From Eledone cirrhosa (Eukaryota): 64,000 bases of DNA. Positions 12,905 through 27,037 of the stretch are shown here, piece after piece. Made by a program: the position numbers and the translations under genes. Location of the stretch: positions 144,894,001 through 144,958,000 of the forward strand of contig OZ024743.1 in assembly GCA_964016885.1 (NCBI GenBank). Reading direction: 5' to 3'. The notes below the pieces were generated by a model. It did not search any database and was not told where the DNA came from. It saw nothing but the letters and a program-made list of their open reading frames with translations. The first letter of the stretch is position 1; each line of letters begins with the position of its first letter.

Positions 12905-13627
12905 CGACACAGCTAGAGACTTATAGAATACTTAGCTGTGTACAGGAACTGGTTTGAAAGAGCGTTAGCCGGTCCGGCAGAAATTAGAATTTGGATTTAA
13001 TGCTCTGAAATAGCGATATATATGTGAAGACAAACATAGAATATTCGAAAATATTCTGTATGTTTATAATAAACATTTCTAATCTCGAATCTCTAATTGT
13101 AATACGTGACGTATTCTATTCTATAGCGATTAGGTCTTCAAAATGTTTATTATAAACATACAGAATATTTTCGAATATTCTATGTTTGTCTTCATATATA
13201 TATATATATAATAAATACAATATCGGAGAAAGCTTTTTAGCGATACTCCGGCCAAATTCCAACTCACTCAACAATCATTAGGAAATAAGTGATTATATTC
13301 CCAATTATGTCTTCGGGGTGCTAACTAAAAATATTGCGTGGAAAATTGGCTGTATTATTTCAAATGAGACATATCTAATATATCTCTTCCCAGACGGACG
13401 TCTCGTTTCATTATAGGACTCCTACAACTTGGGTGAAATTATACCAGTTTATGTAGGACCTTGTATACCATCAATAGATATATATTCAAGTGGGCTCCTA
13501 TAATTCATCAATGGGTGCCCCAATAATACTAATATTGATAATCTAACCAACATCAGCATTTAGCGATAATCACTTTCTGTGCCTGAGGTATCTGTCAGGT
13601 AGCCAGTCCAGCAGTTCTGAAAGCAAC

Positions 13628-13949
<322 letters not shown>

Positions 13950-13951
<2 letters not shown>

Positions 13952-14139
13952 CAAAGGAAATGTGGTAAGGAACCAGATGGACCATAACGCACCAGAGTAC
14001 TCAATACTTAGGGTAGTAGAGTGGGAAATAGGAAAAAGTATGACCCCGACGGCAGAGCTCAAGCCGTTTCGACGGCTATTTCTAGTCCAGAAATAACCGT
14101 CGAAAAGGCTTGAGCTCTGCCGTCGGGGTCATACTTTTT

Positions 14140-14143
<4 letters not shown>
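13950..14143. mobile_element. Family B fold-back element (Penelope-like inverted terminal fragment) in (TA)n
   Basis: Palindrome at 14029-14143 plus a one-sided tail at 13950-14028. Each arm carries the GAAA-stemIII-GTC half of an HHR. Confidence 0.75.
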
Positions 14144-14177
<34 letters not shown>

Positions 14178-14494
14178 TGATGGTTTTTTTTTACACTGGA
14201 GTCTAACCTGTGTACTGCAGGTGAAACTCCAGTATAATAAGTCTCATCATTTAGCTAAAATAAAGAATAAGATCAAATTCTACATCAGCAATGACTACTC
14301 ATTCTCGTGGTTATCAACATTCTATTATATATATAACTACATACACGCACACACCCACATTTTATATATATAAATACATTACATACACACTCACGCACAA
14401 ACACATGCGCACACAAACCACACATTGAAGTATATATATACATATGTGTATGTGTGTGTGTGTGTATACATATATATACATATATATATATGTA

Positions 14495-14588
<94 letters not shown>

Positions 14589-15023
14589 TATGTATATATA
14601 TATATATATATACACTAGTCACACAGCAAACGTAACACTATACACACACGCAAACGCATGCGCAAACAAGACAAAATAAAATAAACAAACAAGCAAATAA
14701 ATAAATAAATAAATATATAGACAGACTGAATAAAAAATGGCGTAGACATACAACACAACAGGAGGAAAAAATATAACACCACTGACGATGTTGCAGATGT
14801 GCAACGAAAGATTTATGTAAATTATGTAAACTATATATATGTGTTTGTGTCTATATTGTATTTGTATTATTTTTGACCGTCGGTCAGTCAATGGCAACAT
14901 TGAGGACCGATTAAGTTAGATCGCAGATATAAAAGACAGCGAGAAGCGAAAACCAACCAAACAGTGAGTGTGTTCTGTTATTAATTCTGGCAATATTACA
15001 CAAATATGACCCTCCCCAAGTAT

Positions 15024-15061
<38 letters not shown>

Positions 15062-15137
15062 GTTATTCCGGGTTGAATCGGAGGTAACCACAGTAAGTAA
15101 GGTACTCAATACATAGCAGAGTATAACAGTTTTAACA

Positions 15138-15190
15138 GAGATTCCTGATGATTTCTAATGAATGAAACAGTTCTAGTCCTGTAGAATCTC
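15138..15190 (+). ncRNA. Type I hammerhead ribozyme (family A element 15061-15206)
   Basis: gagattc CTGATGA tttctaatgaat GAAA cag-ttctagtc-ctG TA gaatctc, with a 7-bp perfect stem I. Confidence 0.75.
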
Positions 15191-15201
15191 ATCTATATTA
15201 A

Positions 15202-15316
<115 letters not shown>

Positions 15317-15332
15317 CATATATATGTATATA

Positions 15333-15364
<32 letters not shown>

Positions 15365-15378
15365 CATATATATACATA

Positions 15379-15428
<50 letters not shown>

Positions 15429-15442
15429 CATATATATACATA

Positions 15443-15482
<40 letters not shown>

Positions 15483-15517
15483 TATATATGTGAGTGTGTG
15501 TTTGCGCTGGCGTTGCG

Positions 15518-15558
<41 letters not shown>

Positions 15559-15965
15559 TTCACACACACAAATAGATTTATATGTGTGTGTGTGTGTTTC
15601 CGCTGGCGTTGCGTTTGCGTGAGTGTGTGTGGGCGTGTGTGTGAAAAATATTTATCCTACGCATATATTCTATTGGTTCATTTGTTTGAAAGTATTTATA
15701 TTCCCGTGATTGGTCTAATTGATATCAAACGTGAGAAGGTGATTTTGATACACCTTTTAAAGTAGGCTGAGGAGGGAAAGAATAGTAAATTCGCGTACAG
15801 GGGCGGGCACCTCCGAGCATTTGCGGCACACACACATCATTTATATTGTTACACGTTTCATCTATGTATCGACATATATAAGTACTCTCCGCCTCTCTCT
15901 CTCTCTCTCTTTCTGTCTTTCCCTCTCCCTCTCTCTCTCCCTCCCCCCTCTCTCTCTCTCTCTCT

Positions 15966-16002
<37 letters not shown>

Positions 16003-16024
16003 TACACACACGCACACACGCACG

Positions 16025-16080
<56 letters not shown>

Positions 16081-16183
16081 TATATATATATATATATATG
16101 TATACACATATATATACATATATATATATATACACATATATATATATATATGTATATACATATATATACATATATATATATAT

Positions 16184-16218
<35 letters not shown>

Positions 16219-16310
16219 GATAGATAGATAGATACACACACAAACACATACACGCACACACACACACATATTATACACATATATATATATATGTATATAC
16301 ATATATATAC

Positions 16311-16514
<204 letters not shown>

Positions 16515-16523
16515 CATATATAC

Positions 16524-16843
<320 letters not shown>

Positions 16844-16845
<2 letters not shown>

Positions 16846-17012
16846 GGAAAAAGTATGACCCCGACGGCAGAGCTGAAGCCGTTTCGACGGCTATTTCTGG
16901 ACTACAACCAGTCCAGAAATAGACGTCGAAACGGCTTGAGCTCTGCCGTCGGGGTCATACTTTTTCCTATTACCCACTCTACTACCCTAAGTATTGAGTA
17001 CTCTGGAGCATG
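16844..17012. mobile_element. Family B fold-back element
   Basis: Palindrome at 16844-16969 plus tail. Same family as 13950-14143, in opposite orientation. Confidence 0.75.
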
Positions 17013-17232
17013 GTTGATGACAGGAAGGACATGCGTTAAAAAGCATTCCATACAATGAGTAGAAAGGATTCTTCAGTTGTGTCACATACAAGTTGATTTT
17101 CCTTATTATACGGTCGGTGGGATATCTGAAACATCACTGGCTCAGATTAAGTACTGACTTCGTCGGTGATGATCTGCCCAAGCCTTGCTAGCAGGGAAAA
17201 CGGAGTTAAATGATTATATATATATATATATA

Positions 17233-18085
17233 TAGGGAAAAGAGTCAGGACCCCGACGGCAGAGCTCAAGCCGTTTCGACAGCTATTTCTGGACTAAATT
17301 AAATGTTTAGCGTGGTGTTGATATAGCCGATCTCGTCAAGGGGTAATCCATATAGTGAAGCATTTCTGAAGGTTGTAGCTATCAAAAGGAATGGTCGAAG
17401 TTCTTTGTGAACACAGTTAAATCTTTCATGGTGGCGGGTAGGGGTGGGGGTGGGAAATTATAAAATTAAAGAACTAGTCACCAACACCAGCTAAAAATGT
17501 AGCAGTTGTTTCCTTTTTTAGAGGGGTGCATCGCTATTGACAATTTACCGTTCTGAGATGAAGCCCCGGGGTACTGAATTGGATGTATTTTATAAATTCC
17601 GGCTTTCTTGTTTTAGACTCTAGTTCTTTAATTTTATAATTTCTCATCTTCCAGATACCTGTATAATTCTATTTTCGCTTGCTTTTTAGCTAACCTTCTT
17701 TATCCACACTCTTTAGAAATTGCTGTATAGAATTTACTCTTAACGCTTGACCGGCTTCACCCGCTCTCTCTTGGTTCTACAGGCAAGGTCAGCCACCCCC
17801 ACCCACTACCGCCGCCATGAAAGATTTAACTGTGTTCACAAAGAATTTCGACCACTCCATTTGATAACTACAACCTTCAGAAATGCCTGACTATCGCACG
17901 CCCATATATGGAATTACCCCTTGAAGAGATCGGCTGTATCAACACCACGCTAAAAGTTTAATTTAGTCCAGAAATAGCTGTCGAAACGGCTTGAGCTCTG
18001 CCGTCGGGGTCCTGACTCTTTTCCCCATTACCCACTCTGGTGCGTTATAGTCCACCTGGTTCCTTACCACACTTCCTTCGTTATA
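17233..18085. mobile_element. Longer family B Penelope-like element with ~220-bp inverted terminal segments, each with a long-stem-II HHR (minus 17250-17344, plus 17916-18010)
   Basis: acccc TTGA(A/C)GA gatcggct..~40 nt..agctgtc GAAA cggc-ttgagctct-gcc GTC ggggt on both arms. (TA)n flanks. Confidence 0.75.
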
Positions 18086-18131
18086 TATATATATATATAA
18101 TGATTAGCAAGGTTTCGGCGGATCGTCACAG

Positions 18132-18187
<56 letters not shown>

Positions 18188-18493
18188 TAGTAGTAGTAAT
18201 CGTTTTCTGATACTCAAGTTTAAGAGTTTGAGTAACGTGTATCGAGTACAGTCTCAATATACAGTTGTTTCTGACTCAACATATGGGTTACTGTAAAAAG
18301 TCGTTCGTAGGATGAGCCTTAGAAGGTTCTGCAATCGATAATCCATGGAGTAATTAGAGTTAGATAAAGATTTACACGGAGACACCATCCATTGTGGAAG
18401 GAGATTTATTTCATAACGTTTACATATGTTTCATTCATATGTGAGGTAATGCATTTAGAAATCGCTAAGCCCGATAATATATATATGTATATA

Positions 18494-18580
<87 letters not shown>

Positions 18581-18587
<7 letters not shown>

Positions 18588-19439
18588 TAAAGTTAGTCCT
18601 TCATCAGTGATCTTCCAACCATCATTGGTATTTCATCGCTTTAAAGACCACATACCTCCGGTTGGTGCGAGCAACGGCTAAAAAAAGTCGTTGGGACACG
18701 TAAATAGAGGGGACACGAGAGTGTAAACAAACAAAGATGGTGAAGCAACGAAAAGTGAGGAAGAAGGAGTCAAGTCCCAAATTTCCATGAATATAAATTC
18801 GGTGAAATCGTGAACGAGAGAGAATAAAGACCATCAAACCTGGTTGGAATGTGAGCAAGGAAGGAATTCCGTACAGGTCTAACGGGAGGAAGAAGGGATC
18901 TAGTCTGTGAATTCGGTGAACGTAAGTTCTGTGAAATCGTAGACGAGAGAGAGAAAAAAAGCGACCTGCCTGACCAAGGGTGCGAAAGAAAAGAATTACG
19001 CACAGGTCAAACGGGAAGAAGGAGGAGGAGGAGAGGTAGTAACAGAGAATGAGTGAGTGAAGGGTGAGTTCACTGAATTCACAGACTAGATCCCTTCTTC
19101 CTCCCATTAGACCTGTACGGAATTCCTTCCTTGCTCACATTCCAACCAGGTTTGATGGTCTTTATTCTCTCTCGTTCACGATTTCACCGAATTTATATTC
19201 ATGGAAATTTGGGACTTGACTCCTTCTTCCTCATTTTTCGTTGCTTCACCATCTTTGTTTGTTTACACTCTCGTGTCCCCTTTATTTACGTGTCCCAACG
19301 ACTTTTTTTAGCCGTTGCTCGCACTAACCGGAGGTATATGGTCTTTAAAGCGATGAAATACCAATGATGGTTGGAAGATCACTGATGAAGGACTAACTTT
19401 ATTCATATGTAACCCATTAGCAACCACGCAGCACCGTTA

Positions 19440-19445
<6 letters not shown>
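18581..19445. mobile_element. Fold-back element (family D): ~340-bp near-perfect inverted arms around a ~146-bp spacer, in (TA)n
   Basis: Arms at 18581-18921 and 19068-19408, with a one-sided tail at 19409-19445. A diverged relative lies at 28222-28550. Confidence 0.85.
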
Positions 19446-19526
<81 letters not shown>

Positions 19527-20099
19527 ATGTATGTATGTATGTATGTATGTATGTTTGTAGGTATGTAGGTAGGTAGGTAGGTAGGTAGGTAGGTAGGTAT
19601 CAAAGAGACTTAGCAGAAGGTTGAGGTTTTAGGCACCAACAGACCCCCAACAAAACACGAAAACATGTAGGCGTCTATGTACACATAAGTCGAAAACATT
19701 GATTTCAGTACAGTAAGAAACATTTCATCTACAATCTAAGGGCTGTAGAGAAAGACTGCATAATTGAAATCAATATAATCCTAACGTATCCTATACATTA
19801 GCAAATAAACATATAGTTGACATTTCACTCATCCGTCAACTGATTGGTGAAAACAATATTCTCTACGTTGATGACAAAGGTATGCCGGAAATTGTTCAGA
19901 AAACAATACTGCTCTGTTTTCAGTGATCCAAGTGATGTTGACTTAGGAATTCATTATCAATGAAACCGACACGCAGTATGCCCACTTGAATATTCCTTTC
20001 AGAATCTCTGACATCATCGCCACAATAAATTAAATTAAGCCTTATTCAGCAGTATTTCCCGACACATTCCTCGCTAGTGTCTTGAATAAATGTCGATTC

Positions 20100-21740
20100 C
20101 GACTTGCATCTCTTACAGTTAATCTCTGGAGAATATCTCTAAACAGGCTATATACCCAAATATTTGTTTTATCGCAATACATCATCCCTGTATTCAAAGA
20201 GGGAAATAGGTTACTTGTAGTAAACAATTACCAATATCACTTACCTCTCATATCATCAAAATATTTGCGAAGATAGTGCGATCAAAAATAAGCTGACTTC
20301 CCAGAGATCAATAATCTACCAAATCCTAACCAGCACGGCTTTCGGTGTAATAGAGCCTTCTTAACACAATTCCTATGTCACCTTCGATGACACCTTAAAT
20401 GCAAGGTCTTCAAAAGAGTTAACTTCAACATTCTGATGTGGTTAAGTATTTCTTTGTGAACTGAACTTAACATGTGATCAACAGAATCCGCTGAAGCCCA
20501 GTAAATGTCACCATGGCACTGTATAGGGCTCGTATTTCTTCATAGTTTGCATAAATGATATTACAAATATATGATACCCAATGAGCTGGCTAATTGTTCC
20601 TGTGTCATGCAATGTTTGACATCATATAGAAAGAGGGGTAGAGGGAGTAAAAGAGAAATAGAGAGAGAATCAACTTAAATGTTTAATGATGAGTATACAT
20701 ACTGAGTGGGGTAACGGGCAAAGAGTTAAGGAGCGAGAGAGAGTTTGAGGAGACGGTAAAAAATGGACGCTAAAATGAGAGAGCACGTACACACATTCAT
20801 ACACACAAACACATAATTGTCGCCAGTTTAATAGAGTTTGTATGAAATTTAGGTTTTCCTTTCACTCTTTTTTTGTTGTTTTGATGAATGAAATAAACAT
20901 ATGAAAATATATATTTCTTTTTTCGAATTATTTGCGTTCCTTTTTTCTCAAATCGCTACTTTATTTAATACTATACTACAGTGTCTGTGCGAGAACTACT
21001 TTATTTAATATTATATCACTCCAGTGTGAGCAATATAATGGATAGTTCTAATCAAATAAAGGCATGGTAAATTTATTTATTTCTATTAAAACATTTATAA
21101 CTAGCAAATAGTTTTATCACTCTACCTGGCTGAATACAAGAAATGTAAATCTGAGTTTTTCGATTAATAATAATTGTTTCTACTTTAGGCACAAGGCCAG
21201 CAATTACCCAGTGCATTACTGGTACTTTATTTTGATTCGTTTGCAATTATGGCGGGCAACACCCTGGTAATAAATATATTCGCAGATGAATCTAAATTCC
21301 AGAATGTCATCAATGGAGCAGGTGACCGAGAAACACTCTAATCATATCTAGACGCTGTAAACCAGTGGGCGAAAAACAACAATGTGATTCTTCTAAACGA
21401 TGAACAGATTTAATCTCATCTGCTTTGGAAAGGAAGATGTTCTCAAACCGTCACATTCTCTTCTTCTCGGAGAACTGCTCATGACATCTAACAATAGTAG
21501 AGATTTAGGAATAATTTTTGACGACTATCTCAGCTGGAGCGTTCTCACCAACGCTCGGAATCTTTTCTTTCCAAGGTTTCTGTCAACGATACGTCATTTG
21601 TACAACAAAGAAATTATTACATCATCATTACTCAAATGATGTCTAAAAATTACCCCAGGTTTGGATCCCTTACAAAAATCGAACTCAAAGCGCATAATCA
21701 CATTGCGACACAACTATCTTATATCTACCGGCACATTTCA
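20100..21740 (+). pseudogene. Decayed CR1/Jockey-group LINE RT fragments (20100-20580 and 21250-21740)
   Basis: IIPVFKEGNR, NQHGFR, IFADESK and RDLGIIFD-like remnants, heavily frameshifted. Confidence 0.65.
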
Positions 21741-22473
21741 TATGACTTAAATATGAAATAACTTAAATGACTTTACCAGATTGTGGACTTTACCAATACT
21801 GGTCGGAACAAAGTTTATCTAAATAAATGTCTTACAATAATAACATTGTGTCGATCCGAGCTTCTAAGTGAAATGGGGTAAATTAAAACATTAGATGAAT
21901 TGAACCTGCAATTGAGATATTCAACCTTCTCAAATATTGCCCCCCGCTCAATAATGTTAAGAGTACATTTGTATATGAAATAGTTCCTTCCTTCTCATCC
22001 CATCCTCATATATGAGGGTCGGGGGTATTGGACTTATGACCAGCATTCTCCATCTTTTCCTGTCTCTTGCCACTGCAGTACATTCCGCCAAGCTCCTTCC
22101 TGTCCATACCTTAATATCATCTGCCGTCCCCTGGCACTTTTTCCATATATTTGTCCCTCAAAGATGTGGAATACTAAACCACTTCAATGGATAGATCGTT
22201 CAATTCATCAAACAACTGGATACTCACACATATATTTCATTTTTGTATTTGTATCTAAAAACGTGTGTTGAAGAAGATCATGCTGCCAATAAAAAAACAT
22301 GGGCTTCACTTCAAATTATTATAATAATAATTAATTGAAGTGAAACCCATTATGTGCGTGGGCTTTTCTTTTGGTGGGGTGGTGCAGTAAGACCCACCCA
22401 ATATATAGCAACATACATGCATACATACATGCCTACATGCATATATACATGCCTACAAACATACATACATGTA

Positions 22474-22537
<64 letters not shown>

Positions 22538-22740
22538 ATACTTGGGGAGGGTCATATTGTTGTAATAATATTGCCAGAAATAATAACAGAACACACTCAC
22601 TGTTTGGTTGGTTTTCGCTTCTGTATCTTTTATATCTCCATAGTTAATTTATTTGGCAATCAACGTTTACCATTGATTGACCAATGGTTAAAAATACAGA
22701 TATAAATATATATATATATAGTCTATGAAAGTTCTTGCAA

Positions 22741-22799
<59 letters not shown>

Positions 22800-22993
22800 T
22801 GTTGAAATGTTGGGTAAATATTCTATTGCGGTCGGCCGCGAAGAGGCTGCTGTCGTTTATTTATCAAATATTTCTTCATAGGAGCCTTTATTCTTATAGC
22901 CTGGTCTAATTGATATTTTATGTGGTTAATTATGCTAATTGGGAGAGGAAATAGTGTATATATTTTATCAAATGATTCTATGGACATACTTTA

Positions 22994-23047
<54 letters not shown>

Positions 23048-23585
23048 TAAAGTATGTCCATAGAAGTATGTCCATAAAAGGTAAACAGAAATAACGCAAT
23101 CGGTACAGTATATGGAAGGGATATATTAGGTTAACGCTTGATATAGCAGGAAATATATATATATATCTGTATTCCGCAGTTCACAGTAATAATAATAATA
23201 TTAGCTCAAAGAAGAATAGAGAATTTTCTTCTGAGCTCAAATACAAATATATTGCACAAAGAGAAGTGTGTTACACAGTGAGATGTGTGTAAAGAATTAT
23301 TACAAGTGAGTTTAACCGTTACTGTATGGAGAACAATATCTCTTTGATCTAATATTACTGTGAACTGCGGAATACTCTTAATTCCGATCCTTGTATACTT
23401 AACGAGCTCCAAATTGTTGAGCTAATAAATTCGAATGGTTGGGCTGCCCTCTCTAGCATTTTCCCCAATCCACGAGAGCCGTTAATTGATGCAAATAACA
23501 CGTGATTTCGCCCTACTGTGGGCAGCGTGTATATTAGCTTTCTCTCTATCCATGAGGTTAGATGTGTCAGGAACAGAATCCACAT

Positions 23586-23659
23586 TTGCTGACTGAGGAA
23601 CCTGTGGGCTGTTAAACTGCACATTCCTGTGGCGAAACGAACTAGATTCGTATCAGCAA
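23586..23659 (+). ncRNA. Type I hammerhead ribozyme inside fold-back element 23170-23845
   Basis: ttgctga CTGAGGA [34 nt] GAAA cgaa-ctaga-ttcG TA tcagcaa. Stem I is 7 bp perfect, stem III is 4 bp and stem II is imperfect. Element arms are 23237-23342 and 23746-23845. Confidence 0.72.
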
Positions 23660-23840
23660 GCTTATAGTATAAGGTTGGTAATTTAAAACTCTACTTCAGA
23701 GATTTGATTCTGACTTACTTTTTTCTATTTAATTGCTAACCTGTAGATATTGTTCTCCATACAGTAACGGTTAAACTCACTTGTAATAATTCTTTACACA
23801 CATCTCACTGTGTAACACACTTCTCTTTGTGTAATATATT

Positions 23841-23899
<59 letters not shown>

Positions 23900-24761
23900 T
23901 TAGTCTCTGTTACACACTCTATATTTATACAGATATAACTTTAAAATGTATATATTAATCGGTGGGATTTGAACTCAGAACCCGGAACAAATATCCGACG
24001 CTCTCACGACTCTACCAAATCGCCAAATACACACACGCACATCGTTCTCTCTCTCTCTCTCTCGCCCTTTCTCCCCCCCTCTCTCTCTCTATATATACAT
24101 ATATATATATATATAGTGAGAGAGAGAGAGAGAGAGAGAGGGGAAAAACACAGGAGAGTGTTTTCATTTATAGGATTTTAACCACCAGCGGGAAGAAAAT
24201 ATAAGCTAAGAGAGGTATAGGAGAAACATAATAATTAAAAGGATAAATTAAAATGAAAAACCAACCTCATAACTAAACCGCATATGTACAAATTCACTAA
24301 GAGATTGTTTCACCGTATAAGTGGGTTCAAATTCAGCTTTGTGGATCATCAACATGTGATCAAGTTGATATTGTTCCCACTACTAAAGAGAACTATTGTA
24401 ACTGACCTGCAGCACATGTGAATAGAGGGAAATACGTGCGCGACCACAGATATAAGACTCTGGGACACATAGACTGAAGCCACGCACATCTGCCAATTTC
24501 TTCCCTTCGACACACACACAACCACACCAATGTCATCATTACCATTCACCCTGTCCCCGAGGCTTGACGTTTCACCCACTTCCTCTATCACCAATTGTTT
24601 TTTTTAATTTCCTTCCCTAACTTTCTCACACTCCTCTTACCAGTATCTGTTCTCTCCTTATCCTAACTTTCCTCAAGAATGACTTCTGTCCGAAACGTTG
24701 TATGTCTGTATGTATATATGGGAAAATTTGAAATGTATACGTTCCTACGCAAATGACCATA

Positions 24762-24945
24762 ATAATTGTTTCTACTTTAGGCACAAGGCCAGCAATTACC
24801 CAGTACATTACTGGTACTTTATTTTATCGACCCCGTAAGGATGAAAGGCAAAGTTAACCTCGGCGGGATTTGAACTCAGACTGTAAAGGGACGTAACTAT
24901 GCTAGAAAGCATGGCGTCCAACCCTCTACCGATACTGCCAATTCA
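24762..24945 (-). mobile_element. Meta-type SINE
   Basis: Reverse complement of the 2715-2895 consensus. Confidence 0.9.
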
Positions 24946-25257
24946 ATAATAGTCGATTCCTTTAAATAATATAAGAAGATGAAGGCAGCTTAGACACAGC
25001 AAATAACTGTAAAAGCAGTCACTTGCCATAAATTGGCTTATAAAAATCTGGTGAAGACACCTAGAGACGGAGAAATGTTGATAGCGGTAGCTACGAAGAA
25101 TCGAAATTCGTATCTACCAGATACCGGATATGTGCTCTAACCATTGAGCTAAGAGATCATTGACATCTTATCATCTAAATAAGGAGCTGAATCAAACCTC
25201 ATGATTGTTAATCTCACTTTCTAACTACTAAGCCATGCTTATATAAGTAAGCATATA

Positions 25258-25564
25258 CAGTTGTTTCCCGGTATTCGCGGGATTACGTACCTAGAGCAAC
25301 GACGATGAGAGAAAAACCGCGAATAACTGACGTGGTCCATAAAAATGCCTATAAACGTCAAAACATAACGTAAAATATAGGCCAGCAAATACGGTATAAT
25401 GTTATTGATAATTTAGCGTTAAAAAGCGTGAAATAATATATATTGCCACGAAAAAAGCCGTAAAAAAGTCGCAGAATATATTTACGATTCCGCGAATATG
25501 CGGTGGTTTCCACGGACAATTATTTGTTAGATTCTAACGAAAATTCCGCGAATAACCAGGACTG
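25258..25564. mobile_element. Tc1/mariner-pogo-type MITE with TA target duplication
   Basis: TA|cagt..cccggtattcgcgg ... ccgcgaataaccaggactg|TA imperfect terminal inverted repeats. Confidence 0.65.
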
Positions 25565-26152
25565 TAAATGCCGGGGTAGAATGTATACGTTTACAAACAC
25601 ACACGTGCTCACATACACGTACTCACACATACACGTACTCATATATACACGCGCGCGCACACACACACACACATAGCGCACGATTATGTGTGTGAGATCT
25701 GGCAACAGTATACATATTTTCAGAAATATATATATATGTATAAGTGTATAATTACTTATATTATTAAATGTGAGTAAAAATGAAAATGATGAGTGTCTGA
25801 GAAAAGATGGAAGATAGAGGAGCGGATTGGCGGATATGGAGAGGGCGGAATTAACTGAGAAAAAGGTGGAATTCATAAATTTAAGAGAATGTGGAAAAGT
25901 AAGCAATCGGTGTATGATAAAAGGATGTTAAACGAAGAATTGTGAAATTTATTTAGTAAGTATAATTCGAATAAACAAAACAGATTTATGACTCGCAGGC
26001 TATAAATGGGAAAACGGTTTTTAAATATATAGAAGGAAACTACTCTATGTATGTATGTATGTATGTATGTATGTATGTATGTATGTATGTATGTATGTAT
26101 GTATGTATGTATGTATGTATGTGCATGTGTGTGTGTGTATGTGCCTGTGCAT

Positions 26153-26190
<38 letters not shown>

Positions 26191-26223
26191 TGGAAAATGT
26201 GTGTAATCCTTGGTACAGTTAGG

Positions 26224-26875
26224 TATATTAAGACAGGGGGGAAGAAAAAATGGCTTCACTTGTGCTTTCAACAAATTTATTTTCTTCACAAAATCCAAAA
26301 AGAATTTTGGGATGGACGTAGAAAAATTCTTCATAAAAAAATAAAAAAATAATTATTTACAAACTTGACAGGTGCGATTTGCCTGTGACCATTCTCAACA
26401 CAAAAGGAATACTAAAAGCTTTTTCCCCTGAATAAAGGAATTTTTCGAGAATGACCGGGGCAGGCCGCACTTGCTACGTTTCTCCCCACCCAACCCTACT
26501 CACCGTCTCAACTCATTACTGCTATTAACACTTTTTCAACACACCTACACCCACGCACTTATTAAAGGGGGAGAAAAAGAAACCCCCACCACACCACAGA
26601 CATGTTAAATCCCTATATATAGAACAACAGACCACATACACATCAGTTTGACAAGCGCACCTCAGCGTGAAAGGTCGTTCTAAAAACGAAACAATACCTT
26701 CTACGTTAACCAAGAACTCCTAAGACCTAACCAACAACCAACAACATAATTTATAAAATAATTTTTTTTAAGGAAACAAATATTTTTCTAATCCGGAAAA
26801 AAATTCTTTTTGGATTTTGTGAAGAAAATAAATTTGTTGAAAGCACAAGTGAAGCCATTTTTTCTTCCCCCTGTC

Positions 26876-26882
<7 letters not shown>
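26224..26882. mobile_element. Fold-back element with ~85-bp terminal inverted repeats
   Basis: tatattaagacaggggg..aaaatccaaaaagaattt at 26224-26310 is inverted at ~26800-26882, adjacent to (TA)n. Confidence 0.7.
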
Positions 26883-26933
<51 letters not shown>

Positions 26934-26971
26934 ATATTAATAAATAGAAACTATATTTATAAAACCATAAT

Positions 26972-27037
26972 TATTTTATTATATATATTTCAAGGGCGAC
27001 CAAGGTAAATTATGGTGCGCTTTCATCAGATAAAATA
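26972..27037 (-). ncRNA. Type I hammerhead ribozyme (family N, AUA triplet)
   Basis: tattttat CTGATGA aagcgcacc..ggtcgccctt GAAA tatata TA ataaaata, with an 8-bp perfect stem I. Confidence 0.65.

Larger units (their letters stand above)
12053..13197 (-). repeat. 312-bp head-to-tail tandem array (3 full units, a partial unit and an inverted partial unit) with one hammerhead ribozyme per unit; retrozyme/Penelope pLTR-like
   Basis: Unit starts at 12053, 12365, 12677 and 12989, with near-identical units. Inverted partial unit at ~13087-13197. Flanked by (TA)n. Confidence 0.92.

Noticed and set aside
13390-13480. Minus-strand HHR-like motif (TTGATGG...GAAAcgagacGTC)
   Set aside because: The core is mutated and stem I does not pair.
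18622-19367. Mirror-image ORFs 18622-19107 and 19131-19367
   Set aside because: A by-product of the inverted repeat, with no recognisable domain.
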